Program-made: the position numbers and the translations under genes
Part shown: positions 23,201-38,200 of the stretch, in pieces
How the letters are laid out: each line of letters opens with the position of its first letter
Numbering within the stretch: the first letter of the stretch is position 1
From: Octopus sinensis
Taxonomy: Eukaryota
Assembly (NCBI RefSeq): GCF_006345805.1
Contig: NC_043001.1
Coordinates: forward strand, 99,324,001-99,388,000
Reading direction: 5' to 3'
Length of the DNA stretch: 64,000 bases
The notes under the pieces: model-generated
The model's input: only the letters and a program-made list of their open reading frames with translations
Told to the model about the DNA's origin: nothing
Databases searched by the model: none

Positions 23201-26200
23201 ATAACTTTATGAAAAATGGTTATTTTTTAACGAAAATTTTCAGCAAATACGTTTCAGATAATGTATTATATCAACATTCTCCGGCCCCATCTGCTAATAT
23301 TTATTCACATCAAATTCCGACATAATTGTAATCTACACCGTTTGAAACGTAACTGTAGAATATTTTATTTTAAAATATCCAGTGTTTAGAAAGTTATGAG
23401 GAAATAAATCGTGATGTAAATATCGGGATTTCCTGCGAAAACTTTTTCCGGGCATATGAGGGGAATTTCGAAACTCTTCTTTTCGTCTTCCAGAAAGAAA
23501 GTCGTGGTCGGGATACACATTTGTAGTTATTCCCATTTAGCTCGGTGAAAAACTTTCACTAGACATGTCTGTGGTGGTATAAAGTAGATGTATGAATCAT
23601 ATCGACATCATACATAGCTTTGTTTTTTTTTGATATTTCGAACCGTGTTATGTAATATTGTCGGTCTAATTAAAAAGTGAAACTGTTCGCTGTCGAAGTC
23701 TTTAAAACCATATTGATATAAAATATCGGTTATTATAAAGATCTTCACCCGGGAACAAAAAAAATAATAATAAACTAGCCTGTTGGGTGTTAACAAGTGT
23801 GTAGAAAAAGAATATGAAAAAAAAAAATTGCGCTAACGAAAAATTCACTAGATCCGATTTTTTCGTCATAACTTAGTGTAAAATGGATATATATTGATTC
23901 TTTTTAGGGATTCTCAGTTTTTTGGGGTTTATTTTGTTATGGCGGATCCGATTCTGAAAAAAAAAATTTCAAAAATCGCATTTTCAAAATTTCAATTCCC
24001 ACCCCTCCCCTTCACCCCTTTCATTTTCCACTTTTCCGTTTTTTTTGTTTTTGTTTTTGCTAAATTCGTAGAAAAATACGAAGATTACAATTCTGAAAAG
24101 AAAACTTATTTGGAAAATTTCAATTTTTCAACGAATATATATATATACCCACAGTCTTCAAGTAGGCTAGCCACATGCTAGAAATAACAGCCAAATCTCA
24201 CAAAACTGCGATAACATAATGCAATCAATCTACTCACTTTCCTACAAAGATTTCTTTCAGAGTAATTTCCTACAGTAATATGACAAAGTAATTCATGTGA
24301 AAGTAAAGTGGGTTTTTTTTAAACTTTTTAAAAACTTTTTGGATTTTTTTTCTATCAATCTACATGGGAAACTACGGAGATTAAGAATATAGAAAAAATA
24401 AACAGAAATTCAAATTTTGAAAATGCGATTTTTGAGGGGTTTTTTTTCCCCCACAATCGGATCCTCCATAACCGAAAATGTGGGATTCTGTAAAAAAAAA
24501 AAATATGTATACATATATATATCCATTTTACCGAAAGTTATGACAGAAAAATCGGATCTTGTGAATTTACCGAAAATCCTCTTCCCGGGTTGTTAGCGCA
24601 ATTTTTTTTTTTCATACTCGTTTTCTACATACTTAACACCAAGCAGACTTTACTCTTCTACTTGTTTCAGTCATTTGACTGTGGCCATGCTGGAGCACCA
24701 CCTTTAGTCGAGCAAATCGACCCCGGGACTTATTCTTTGTAAGCCCAGTACTTATTCTATCGGTCTATTTTGCCGAACCGCTAAGTGACGGGGACGTAAA
24801 CACACCAGCACCGGTTGTCAAGCAATGCTAGGGGGACAAACACACACATATATGTACACATATATACGACAGGCTTCTTTCAGTTTCTGTCTACCAAATC
24901 CACTCACAAGGCATTGGTCGGCCCGCAGCCATAGTAGAAGACACTTGCCCAAGGTGCCACGCAGTGAGACTGAACCCGGAACCATGTGGTTGTTTAGCAA
25001 GCTACTTACCACACAGCCACTCCTGCGCCTATAGACTGGTTTATTTATTTATTTATTTTTTGTTCACAGGTGAAGATCTTTATATTGACCAAAATATCTT
25101 ACTGGTTTAGTCCTTGAGACTGAAATAGTGTTTTAAATATAGGTTTCGGACCTAAAATATATGATTTTTTTCTTGAATATAAATGCAATCGTACCGGTTC
25201 TTGTGTACTTGTCATTCATCCTGGTGCTAAAAAGATTTTCCATATCCAAGTTACTACAACAGGCTCTGTCGATGGCTCGTTATTATAGTTAGTCACTCTC
25301 GTGGTGGTTGGTGAGTGATGTATCATTATGGTTACAAAATTACTGTACTGATTTATAGGAGATGGATTCGATGTCATCACGTTTTTTCACTTTTTAACGA
25401 CTAATAAATATATTCATTGGCTTCGTATGTATGTATCTAGGCAAGAAACCGGTTGAAAGTGTAAACTAGTATTTGTCGTTCGACCATAGAATAAAAAATC
25501 AGATATAAAATTGCCAATCGTTATTTCGTTGTCACTTTCGCGTTTAAAAAGATATACTGTATTTAGAAAATGTTTCGCGTTATAACTTGAGGAATGTTTA
25601 TTTTGCTAAAACTTCGTGACTCTATTTTCTAACTCCAACTTAATAAACCAAGTAACTTATAACAGTTGTAGAAAATAACAGAAGTAGCTGCGTAGTATTC
25701 TAATAATGATTTGTTAACATCAGCATAATACTATAATACTATACTCGTATAATACTATACTATACTCGTTCGATAAAATTAACTTCTGTAGGCCCTGGTA
25801 TTTATTGTTATAGATCACCAAATATTGAAAGTTAAAACTGATCCCGCAATACTTGACATTTTAAAAACTGTCCCATACCTCGTGGGCAGAAAAAAATGTG
25901 AATGGAGCACTTACACACACACACACGCATATAGAAAATTTGAATTATTTTTAAAATCTGCTGGTCAAAGTGAAAAGATCCAAAAGATGTTTTATGTGAC
26001 ACATTCTACCAGTATACGAAGTTCATCCTGCCGGTCATCCTGATATTTTTCTGAATTTGACGACAAAAATCGCATTCATTTTTTTTTCTAGAAATTAATA
26101 AAGTTACAATTTTCGTTATCGCCATACAAAACTACATTTAAAAAAAAAAATTATTATAATCTGACGAAAATTTGAAGTACTTTAAGTGGTTAGAAGAAAT

Positions 26201-29200
26201 TTCACCAGATCCAAAAAGAGTAATTCCTCCACCACTTTTAAAAAGTATTCCTGAGTTTCATATAACGGAATACAGATCTTGTTAAATTTCTTCCAACCAC
26301 CTCAAGAGTTTCAAATTTTTTTTGTTTTCATGTTATGGTGTTTACCATTACATCTTTTAGAACATTGTCATTTTTATAAGATTTTGCTGGCAAATTTTTT
26401 AATTAACATAAGCATTTATTTACATGAAAGAAAATTACCAGAGAACTTTCTAAGTTGAAATACTTCAAGTGTTTAGATGAAATTTGACCAGATCCCTTTA
26501 TTTATCTTTATTTCGAGCGACGGTTACTCCAAAACCCCACCGTTATCATTGTTACAATTACGATTATTTAACTCAGACGTGCTAATCACATTTTAGTAAG
26601 CATGCTGCAGTGAGCGCTAAAATAGTAGCACAGCATTTAGTAAATGTACTTATTGCTAGTGGTTGATTGTGGTCTTGTTTAGTTTTTATATATGTCAGGT
26701 CACCCCGTTTCGGGGCCTGTTTGCTTTTCTGCTATTTCTCTCTTTCTTTTCCTTATTTAGTTTATAAAATGATGTAATTTGGTAATTTCCCTTTGTTGAT
26801 TTTCCTGTTTTATTTTGGATGGCATTATCATACATACATATGCATACACCTACACACATCTATCTATATCTATGTACGTGTGTGTGTATACATATATGTA
26901 TATATGTATATAAACTTGTTCCTCCGGTTTAACAACTGTTGTGTAATCTTATCCCCTTACTTGTAATAATGATTTTTTCATTATTTTTTTCAATGAAGTA
27001 GAAACAATTCTATTGTTTGTTTTTAATATTTTAACATTTGAAAGACTAATTTTTAGGGGTATGTGAATATTGCGTTTATACTTAATTTGCAAGACTCCAT
27101 AGCCCATCGGATATCATAAATCTTTCTCACGGACTGGTGTTCCCAGTGTTTCCCCCGAGCATTCTTGAATGGAAGGAAAGTCAAATTCTCATATATATAT
27201 ATATCCCCACCGATATCACAATTTCCTTTCATCTTGCCATGGTCGATAAAATAAGAAGACCAGTCAAGAAGTCAAGTAACATGGTCATTGTAATCGAATA
27301 GCCCTCTTCTCTCAAAATTGATATAATTTCCTTGTCGCCTGTGCCCCATTGAAATGAACTCACGAATTCACAATCGATAGCAGTCAATACTATAAATAGG
27401 GTTAACTTTGCTTTTCGTTTTCTCGGGAGTTGATAAAAGAAAAAGAACTTGTCAAATGACTTAGAAATTTGCGGTCTTGTGCCAGTGTTATAAAAAGTAT
27501 GTGGAGTGGTATAACAATAAAAATTATTGATTGCTGTGGTATTGAAGCTACGCCACTTCGTTTTTTAATTCAAATCTTGCTGGTGGTCTTTGCTCTTCTT
27601 GTGTTGATAAAAAAAAAAAGCACCAACTACATAAGTTCTGATTCAGTTGGTTACAGCCATATCTGAAAATCGATCGCCTTATGTCAGTGTAAAAAATTAT
27701 TTTATTCTATGTAGTTTCGATAATTTCTTAATCGTACACAAGTTTCTGAAACACTGAAAATAAGCTAACAGATTTTCAGAGTATTTATTGTATCGTGAAA
27801 CCAATCTCTGGATCAGCTAGACAGATTGTGTTCAACTTTATGTAATGAATATAGCAAAAAGGTGATATTTGAATTCCAGTAATATAAATCAAAGCGTTTG
27901 TATTAATCAGTGCTACAGTAGTTATGGTGTTATTATTTATATGCCCAAATATAAATTTTTACAGATGATTTAACAACCAATGCATTAGATACCTTCCTTT
28001 TACCCAAGATTAAAAACAATCGATGAGTTCTTTTAGCCACCTTATATGTGATTGTTAAATTCACTTTCTAATCTACAGGCCACACTTCAATAAATAAACG
28101 GAAAAAGAATGTTATATTTTATATAATGGAAGAACCATTTAACATGGTTTAACCTTTTAGCATCTAAACTGGCCAGATCCAGCCTCTCACACATACCCTA
28201 CTATGTCATTGTAAAAATAAACAATTATATCATTGAAATCTCAAAGCGACAACATAATGTATGGATTAATTCAAAACAATATGAATAAATAAGCATAACT
28301 AAGAATAATCTGAATGTTAAAGGGTTAAATGTTTCTTCCATTATATAACTGCTTCAAATTCAACATTCAAAAATAAAATAAGTACTTGTAAGTCATTGGA
28401 ATCATTCTTACAAAGTGACCGTGAGTCAAATAACAAAAAATTACTAGAAATCTTTATTTCAAGACTGTGGTTGTTGTTTAAACCCAAGTTTGTCCTGAAA
28501 GGCATTTCAGACATCACCAATCCATCTTTTAATATTTTCAGAACTACATTGTCTAGTGGGTGCGTTTTTTTTTTGTTTTTTGTTGTTTTTTTTTTTAGAT
28601 GGTAGTGTGGTCAAGTGACCATGTAAAGGATCTAAAGAGATGACAGCTATGAATTTCGCAGATGGAACAGATTCCATTTCGCAAAAGCATTAGATATATA
28701 ATTGAAAAGTAATGTCTGTAGCAAACAATCAAAACAAGATTATAAATTCTGTTCATAAGAAACTTATTAAAATTATTTTAAACAATCTTTTATATTTTGT
28801 TCAATCAATTAATATAATTGTATAAGAGGATTTGAGTAAGGATTCTCTTTGTAATCAACCTTCACCTTTTTCTTTAAATTATTTCCCTTTTATATGAATG
28901 TTTGTGGACTTAGTTGCCATTGGAAATTCCAGGAATATTTCTGCTAATAATCAATACATGTGCTTCTGTTTATTACATTTTGCTATTGTCGTTAAAGTCA
29001 TTCATTAATTTACTCTCAAGTTTTAATAATGGTGAATAAATACTTATAAATTTGAAGAATTTTAGTTTTTGTGTATTGTTTTAGAAAATATTGATTGATC
29101 TTTCTCTTTCCCTAACACATACCATTCCAATCAGTTTTTAAGGAGGAATTCCTAAGTGTGAGTCACACGTGTTTCATGAACTGCAACAATTCTGTTTCTG

Positions 29201-32200
29201 AAATACCATTTGTTAGCTGCCAAATGTTGCTGTCTATTGCTTCCAGTCAATGAAAAACATACCACTACAATCTGTTCATTTTAGGTTTTTTATTTATTCA
29301 TTTAGCACTTAATATGCAAAACTGAATATTTTTATTGACATTTCTTAAGCATAAGACCAGTTTTGTAGATGGAAAACACATTTAAAGAATGATATTTTTG
29401 CTATCCTTATTTTTTTTTAAATGTTTAGTAACTTTTTTTTCTTTAAGAAATCGTAGGCTTCTGTACACCTAGTTAGTTATGTTACATGTTACATTCTTTT
29501 GTAAAAAAAAAAAAGGGTTGTAAGAACACAAAGAATGTGAAGTAAAATAGCTACAACTGGGGTTAAAACTATGTTACTTGTGCCCTCAACTTATTTAGAG
29601 CTTATCTCTATTTTGCTATTAGTTAAATTATTTTGATGTGCATTTATTATTTTTATGTTTTTAATAACTAGTAGCACTTAGTAAAAGAGAAAACTTTGGT
29701 CAATATCAATCTTAATGCAAGGAAAATTAAATAGCTTTGGTGATTCATATCAGCATCTTACTGGTACAAATTGTAACATTTGCCCTGGTGGGATTTGAAC
29801 TTAAGCATAATGTTATATCGAACATGATAGGCATTGACTTGGTTGTGTGGTAAGAAGTTTGTTTCCTACCCCCATGACTCAAGGTTCATGGCACCTTGAA
29901 CAAGTGTCTTCTATTATAGCTTTGAGCTGATCAAAACCTTATGAGTTTGGTAGATGGAAACTGAATTTATGTTTGTCTTAGTGTTTGTCCCCCACCACTA
30001 CTTGACAACTAGTATTGGCCTGTTTATATCCTTGTAACTTGGCGGTTCAATAAGAGAGACCAATAGAAAAAATACTACTCTAAAAAAAAAAGGACTGGGG
30101 CCAATTTATTCAGCTAAACCCTTCAAAGTGATGCCTTAGCATGGCCATGGCACAATGACTGAAACAAGTAAAAGATGATACCTATCTCCTTTTAAAATTA
30201 TGAAAATTATAATAATTCCTTGACATTTTCCCCAGGAAACCATGTAGAAAAGATTATAGGTGATTAAACCAATGTTAAATGCCTGAAGGCGTCAAATTGA
30301 TAGGGCTGTGAGTGCATTGGGTAGAATGCCTGGTAGAGTTTGTTCCGTCTCTATGCAGTCTAAGTTCAAATGCTACTGTGGTCAACTTTGCGTTCCATCC
30401 TTTCAGTATCAGTACAGGGCAATGGAATTGTGAAACTGTCTAGAGGTTGGGAAAGATGTCTTGCAGTATCTGTTATGGCTCTTTGTGGTCTGCAATGTTA
30501 GGATAAATAGACATCAGTGGCATAGAGAGGGAAAACTCAAGTGCATGGACACCTGCATGTGCAGGAACATGATCATCATGACCAATGGCAGCTTTATATA
30601 ATACCTGTTTGATATTTATTCATCTAAAAGATAAACAGTAAGGTCAACTCTAGTGAGATTGGAACTCAGAACACACAAAGGGATATAACAAAATATCATA
30701 CACTATTTAATCCAAAGCTCTACAGTTTCGTTCACACCAGTTATTGACATTTTCTTTTATTTGTTTGTTTACATTCATATCTCAGAAAACATTGATTATG
30801 ATCCTTCAATAACTGTCACATCTGTTACCTGCTATCATTGCAATCTCTATCTTTCACAAGTTTCTGAAATTGATATATCTTCATGGGTGTGGTTTTCAAT
30901 TTAGATACAGTAGGAAGCTATTTGAGGGTATTTTAAATCCTATGATTATTGGGTCAAGAATTAAATAGAAATTGCCTTTTGAGCTGAGAACCACTTTGCA
31001 TATAAACTGAGCCCATCTTGCTTTTCTTTAATGCAACCCCCACTGTCTCTGATCTCAAAACAGCTGAGATGGCAAAATAAATATTCTGACAACAATATCA
31101 TTTTCCACATAGTCAATCACTGTAAGGCAGAGTACACTGCACACTCTCAAGAGCAGAAGGAAATGTGTTATTTGCTAGAGCTTTGACTTTATCTTAACTT
31201 TTTGTCATGATTCATGCTTTGGCTTTATCTTAAATCTTTGTCGTGGTTCATGCTTTGGCTTTATCTTAAATCTTTGTCGTGGTTCATGCTTTGGGTTTCT
31301 TTTGAGCACAACTGAGCAGAAGTATTTAATAACATTAATCTGATTTAAGTGTTCTTATTTCTCAATTTTACATGAGATACAAGAGGCATGGACATGTCTA
31401 GTCTTTATTAAATTGATACGCTGTTTAACAATTTGCTGATATATGTGGCTCTTAGCTGTATTGTATATTTAAAGGCATATGATAGTTTGTGTGGGCGGAC
31501 TTTTGTTGTATTAGAATAAGAATCTAAAAATAAATACTTGACTAAATTAATGTCTGTGTGTGTGTGTGCGTGTGTAGGTTTAAATAATGACCTGTAAATG
31601 TTTTGATATATCCTGATAAAAAAGAGAAAAAAAATATTATTTATTCCTCTGACTTGATTAATGTGATTTTGCTATAGATAAGGGAAATAGAAAATGTTTT
31701 ATTTTGAAGGTAAAATTGGGAGACTTCAAATAAATGTGAGTGCTTGTGATTTTTATATTACAGTTTCAGTTTCTGTACCCTGCTATCCTTAAAAAAGGGT
31801 AATGGAAGTACTTATTCCCCTATTTGTTTTAACCACCCCAGCTTTGGCTAAATGGTTACTGGCTGAACAGTGTGTTTTGAGCCAAATAGTACTTTCAGAT
31901 TGAACCACATATACAGGAGTGGTGGCTGGCAGAGCAAATAGAGCTGTGTATAAAATACCCTGAGATTTAGTCACACCCCTTCAAATTCTGAGTTCAAATT
32001 TTACTCAGGTCAACTTTGCCTTTCACGCTTCCAAGTTTGACAAAAATCAGTCCCAGTTAAGTACTGGCATTAATATAATCAGATATATTATAAAGGCAAT
32101 ATTGTAGATCATCATCATTTAACGTCTGCCTTCCATGCTGACAAGGGTACACACAGACACACACACACACATATAAAGTGATGAGCTTCATACAGTTTTC

Positions 32201-35200
32201 TTCTAAATTCATTTACAAGGTGTTGGGTAACTTAGGGCTACATTAGAAGACACTTGTCCAAGGTGCCATGCAGTGGGACTAAATGTGAAACCATATGGTT
32301 GAAACAAACTTCTAAACCACACAGCAAAGCTTGCAGCTAAAGGATTGGTATTCAGTTTGTTGACTCTAGAGTGATTTGTTTTCAGTATGTTGAATGAAAT
32401 AACAAGACAGTAAGTCCACCACAATAATTATTGTAATTATTATGATAGTGATGAATGCAATTAAATTTCAATGGCTTCAGTAAATTATTCCCCATGTAAC
32501 TAGTCTTAAGTATGTCCATTCACATTTATTAGACTTCTTTTGTGTTTCTTAACACTTTATAATTAAATTCACTGAATCAAAATGCCATGATTATGTAGTC
32601 TAGTTCTTTTAATACAACTGATGTCTTCTCTTCCACCATGTTTATATGTTTCTTTAATACTCTATCTCTAATATTCTACCTGTTTTATTTTCAAACTAAC
32701 TACAAGGTGGTATCAAAAAGTTCCTGGAATAATTATGTTTAATAAAAAATAACTTATTTTCCTGAGTTTTAACATTATCTCCTTCAAAATAGTCACCTGG
32801 TCCCAGCATTCCTGCCACTTTTGAAATTTGGTCTGGAAGTAATTTTCTATAAGCAAGTCAAGGACCTTCTGTGATTTGCTCTGGATCTCGACAACAGTGT
32901 TAAAGCAACGACCTTTGGGCTGCCTTTTCATCATGGGGAAGAAATCGAAGTCGGCAGCTGTTAAATCTGGTGAATAGGGCAGTTGTGGAAGCAATACTAT
33001 GTTGTTCTTGGTGAAAATCTCATGAGTGAGGAGAGCTCTGTGAAGAATCTAGTTCTTCATGCTCCACAGGTCCGGTTGCTTTCGCTGAATGTCCTCCCTC
33101 AAACACTTCAAAACATCGCAGTAGGACTCTCAATTGACAGCAGAGCCCCAGGGGACGAATTCTTGATGCATAATACCACATTTCTGGGGGTGATACTCGT
33201 AGCAGATCTTCCAGATTGCTCATCATCTTCAAGGAATGTCCTTCCATTTTTGAAGCGCCCATGTTACTCGAAACATTGTGTACGACCCATTGCCTCATTG
33301 TTGTAAGCTTGCCAAAGCATGCTCAATCTCTTTGTAGCAGACTTCCCAAGATTAATGCAAAATTTCATGTTGGCTCTTTGTTCCTGTCTATAACAAAATC
33401 GCAGACTACAGCATACACACGATCACAAAAACACAAATTTCACAACTTGCAAAGTAAACACAGCAATGTCATTCTGCACACTGCCTCATGAAGGTCACTG
33501 CTAGCTCTCACTGCCATCTGTTGGCACACTGCAGAACTAATCCAGGAACCTTTTGATACTACCTTGTGTATCTGGCCTCTCATACCTACCCTACAATGTC
33601 ATTCTAAAAATAATAATCACGTCATTGACATTTTGAAGCTACAAGATAATACACAATTTATTCAAAACAATCGGAGTAAATAAGCATTGCATTTGACAGA
33701 GTAATCAGCATGCCAAAGGATTATGCTATCCAACATTGTCTATAATTGTTTTTCTACAAGTTGTTAACTTCTGTTAGATTATTTAAATGTTATTTGATAT
33801 TCTTTATGTAATTTGAATATTTGTTAGCATGTATGTATATGTGAACCAAGCAAATAAGTGACATCTGATATACAAGGATGTTAAATTAGTTGTAGATTAC
33901 AAATGCAGGTGGCAAGTTCGTTGAATTTAGAATGCTGGCTACAATGCTTTGCAGTATTCACTGCAACTGCAGTTTGTCATTTGAGTTCAAATCTTGCCTT
34001 TTATCCTTTCAGATTTATAAAATTACTGTCCAGTATTGGGATAGACTCTCTCTCTCTCTCTCTCTCCGTCTATCTATCTATCTATCTATCTACACCCCAC
34101 CCATATCTGCAAGGGTGCAAAGCAATTGTCCAAACCTGGAGAGGGCTTAAACACCTGCTATATGTCATGTTGGCATCCTTACAACTCCGTTATGAGTTGA
34201 GGGTCCAAGAAGTGAAAGCACTCTCATTAACACCACATCTGAACAGCTCTGTTAAGTAACTAAATAAATAAAAAAGGCTGTAATATTAATAATACAGTAG
34301 AAAATTTGTGTGTGTGTGTGGACATGCTAGTTAATATTTTGTGCTAATTCAAAATTTAATAGTGATATTACCCAAAAACTAATAAAAAAAAAATAACAAA
34401 GCCTCTTTGTAGTCACTCAACCTGCTAGCAATCACAGTCAAATCTCTTAAATGATACCCTTTTTAAACAGAAAAAATAAGGACAGAATAGATAATAGGAA
34501 AAGAAGACAGAGTAGCTTACAGCTGGAATACCTTTGATCATAGGCTTACTGAAGCAAAACTGACTTGTGGCATGGATCTTTATTCTTTCTATTCAGACAG
34601 ATGAATATATGTATTTTTTGGGTGTGTTCACTAATACACTTATGCACTAACTATATCATTGCATTTGACATTTTCTGCTTTGATAATAAACATATGCTAG
34701 GCATTTAAAAAAAAAATACTCAAGTTTATCTTCGGTTCAACACACTCTTTTAAGTTATTTTCTATATACTGCTGGTGAGTGTATCTATGTTAACATTTAA
34801 GATTTCATTGCATGGGTTTCACACCAGCCTACTATGAGCAACCATCAGATAAAGCACATCAGAAATTTTAAATCTTAACATGTACATACACATGCATGCA
34901 TAATATATATTATATCTCAATAACAGAAACTGAGGAATATGTTAAATATATTTTTGCTCTTGATTAATTATTGTCTTTTTACTTTGTTCTGAAAAACAAA
35001 TGTGTAACTAAGTCAACCAGTTCTGCAGAGAAGAGGAGGAAATAAAGTTGGGAAAATATAATCATTATTATAAATAGAACTGTGTGCTAATAGAAACATA
35101 CATGCACGAAGACAAAGAAGGAGATACAATTACACATGTGCACACTTGTGTGTATAGTAGCACCTGGAGTGTGTATAGCAAGCACCTGGCCAACCAAAAC

Positions 35201-38200
35201 CTCATGAGTGAATTTGATTGACAAAAACTGAAAAGATGCCTTTTATTTGTGTGTATATACACACATACAAAGAGGGAGAGAGCATTGTGTGTCATTGCAT
35301 TATAACTGAAAACAAATGTCACTGTTATATAGTGTTATTAGCAATCAAACATGAACAAGCATCACCTTGCTTGAAAACAGGTGATAGCAGACAAAGCATT
35401 TGGCTCGTGGAAAATATGTCTCAACAAATTTCATTTGGTCCAATGCAGGCATGGAAAAATAGACATCAAAGTTATATTCACTTGTATAAATCTAATTTTA
35501 AAATTTTTCAAGTTTGTTTAATAAACAAATATTGAATCATTTGATAGAATTATTATAAATAAAATATTCTTCCCTTTCATTATTTACTGTAATTGTTCAT
35601 AAAATCATGCTAATGTTGCATGTCAAAACAACTTAATGTCATTGACCTTGTAATTTGTTTTATGTTAACAAATGAAACCTTTTTGTCTCAAGATATTAAT
35701 CTCTTTTCTATCTGGAGATATATGTAAGGATTACATTAAGCTAAAGCTGGTTCAGTTTTGTTTCTTATCTTTCAAAACTAGTTTTAATGACACTAATATA
35801 TACTCTATTGTATTTATTTTTTGTGTTTGTAATCTAAGCTGTTCAAGAAAAATGATAAGTTGAACTGACTGGTGATGGGAGCTGCAAAGGCTATTGAGGC
35901 AGCCCCTTCCACCTGACCAAACCAATGAAAATAAAAGCTCCCCTTATATTGTGATTACCTATTATATTCTTTTGTTATTTAAATGAGCTGTCACTTTCAT
36001 TTTTAATGTTTTTGTTTCAGATCAGATTTGAAATTTGACGAAAGTACAGATAGTGATTCTGATCAAGAACTGTTTGACATTTCCAATTTCCTTGTATATG
36101 AGTGGTTTGATCTGTAAGTATGAAATACTTTTCTTTTATTCTGATTACTTACAACGTTCATTGTTTATTATATAGATGGTGATTATGGAAAATTGAGAAG
36201 CTTAAATACAAGTATTTCACGCATATATTTTTACATCACCTACAAAATGCAGATTGTATATTGCATGAGTTACTAGCATGTATTAGTAGCATGTTACTAT
36301 TCTGTTTCATTTATTTAAAAGATGAAATGGCCAAGGCAATTTGAAGTGAAACAGCAAAAGAGACAGCAAGTTCAAAATATTGCATTTTGGCAGACTATTC
36401 TACTTTGATTGGCTTTGAAAAACAGATATAACAGCAGTGATGGTTATTTGTTGGCTAAAATAGCTGGCTTTAATTTGTTCAGCAAAAATATATGGACTGA
36501 CTTGGAAGTTTATTGTTAGAATGATTAAACAAAATCTGTTACAATTCATAAGTTATCCAGTTAACAATAAAAGTCACATGTTTCTGGACCATTTGAGGGT
36601 TATTTTCAATACTGTAACTTCTCAAAGCAAATTATGGATTTAGTTTAGTCCGATGGGAGTTTTTATTGATGTCTGTATCATCCGTTGCAATGTCTTCTAT
36701 TATATTTAGCTGTTATTTTGTATATTTATATAGTTTGATAACCAAGAAAAATAAATTACAGAAGCATTACACACAAAAATAATTGTTAAAGATAATTTAG
36801 TTAAGTAAACAAAATGAATTTGAAAGGTTAAAATACCATGCTGGTAACATTAGAAATAAAACTAGCTACTTAAAAAAATTAAGAAAGCCTCAAAACCAAT
36901 AATTTTATGGTTGCTAAGTTATGTGCTGTATCTATATCATTCATTCATTTTATGCCCATTTTCTATACCAGCAACAAATATTATTGAGGCATTGTTTTAC
37001 AGCCAGATGTTCTTCTTGTTGCTAACCCTTACTTGTTTAAGTCAGGGATTTTTTTTATTCCATGTTTTCAAATGCATAGAACTAGTGAATGATTTCTTGA
37101 AAGAGAATGATCGCAAACGTCATTGTTTGTTGTTTATAAAGTGCAGATTGTAAGCATTCAGACACATGTGTGCACACTCATACCAACCTACACACATACA
37201 TATATATAATGATGTTTATACAGTTTCTATCAATCAAATTCATTCACAAGGCATTGTTTGTCTTCCTGGGCTACACAAAAACACACTTGCTCAAGAGTTT
37301 AGCATTGAGACAACCTCAAACCACATAGTTGAGAAACAGTATGTATGTGTGTGTGTATATATATATATAATACATACATACATACATATGTATTTATATA
37401 TATGTATAAAACCACTTGGTGTTAAATTGATGGTATTATTAAATTAATATCCAATTTTTTCACCCTTACTTTTGATATATATATATATACATACATACAG
37501 TACTCTAGAGTATACTTTAGAGAATTGTCACTGAATGTCTCTTAGGGGTTTAGAATAACTTTATATATATATATATATATTATATATATATATATATATA
37601 TAATATATATATATATATATGTATGTATGTATGTGTGTGTGTGTCAGTGTTAGTGTTGCGATTGTTAAAATATAGCCTATGATGAAGAAAAGGGTTACTG
37701 TGCCAACATATGCTATTTGAACAAACTGTGTTAGTTAATAAAAAAGTTATGCCACCTTTTGCATTAATTTCAAAATTTGTATGTGGGCATACATATGTAT
37801 AAACATGTGCACACATACACACAATACAGGATTTTGCAAATTTTGGATGGGGATCTGTGGAGATTCTTCACTCTGTTAGACATTGTTGTAGGACACTGAA
37901 TTCCAGTGGTGGTTGGTATGCATTCTGATAGTTGTAGATGTAATACAGTAATCATTAATTTCTTGAAATGTTTCACTTAGAACTTAATTTCATATTTAAT
38001 TTCAGCAATAATTTGTAATTTTTCTTAAAAATTAAATTTGTTATTGGTTAACTGAAGACTGAGCATTGAATGCACATTTACATTCAAACTTAGTGAAATG
38101 TTCAAATTTTAATTTAGATAAGTCCTTACATTGTTATCCTTTCTTTTTCTTTGTGAATTTGGATTACTGTATAGAATTTTTCTTCTAGGAATTTTGTTAC

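Noticed and set aside
25070-25104. Exon-like segment after a strong acceptor (ttttttgttcacag)
   Set aside because: In the required phase 2 it gives an immediate TGA, it is 35 nt long, and the donor GTTTAG is weak; at best a cryptic exon.
26120-26500. Short direct and inverted repeats (aaatttcaccagatcc and variants)
   Set aside because: Probably an old non-autonomous DNA transposon; I could not define ends or a TSD.
31187-31294. 36-bp repeats of CRISPR-like length
   Set aside because: The units are directly adjacent with no spacers, there are no cas genes and the context is a eukaryotic intron.
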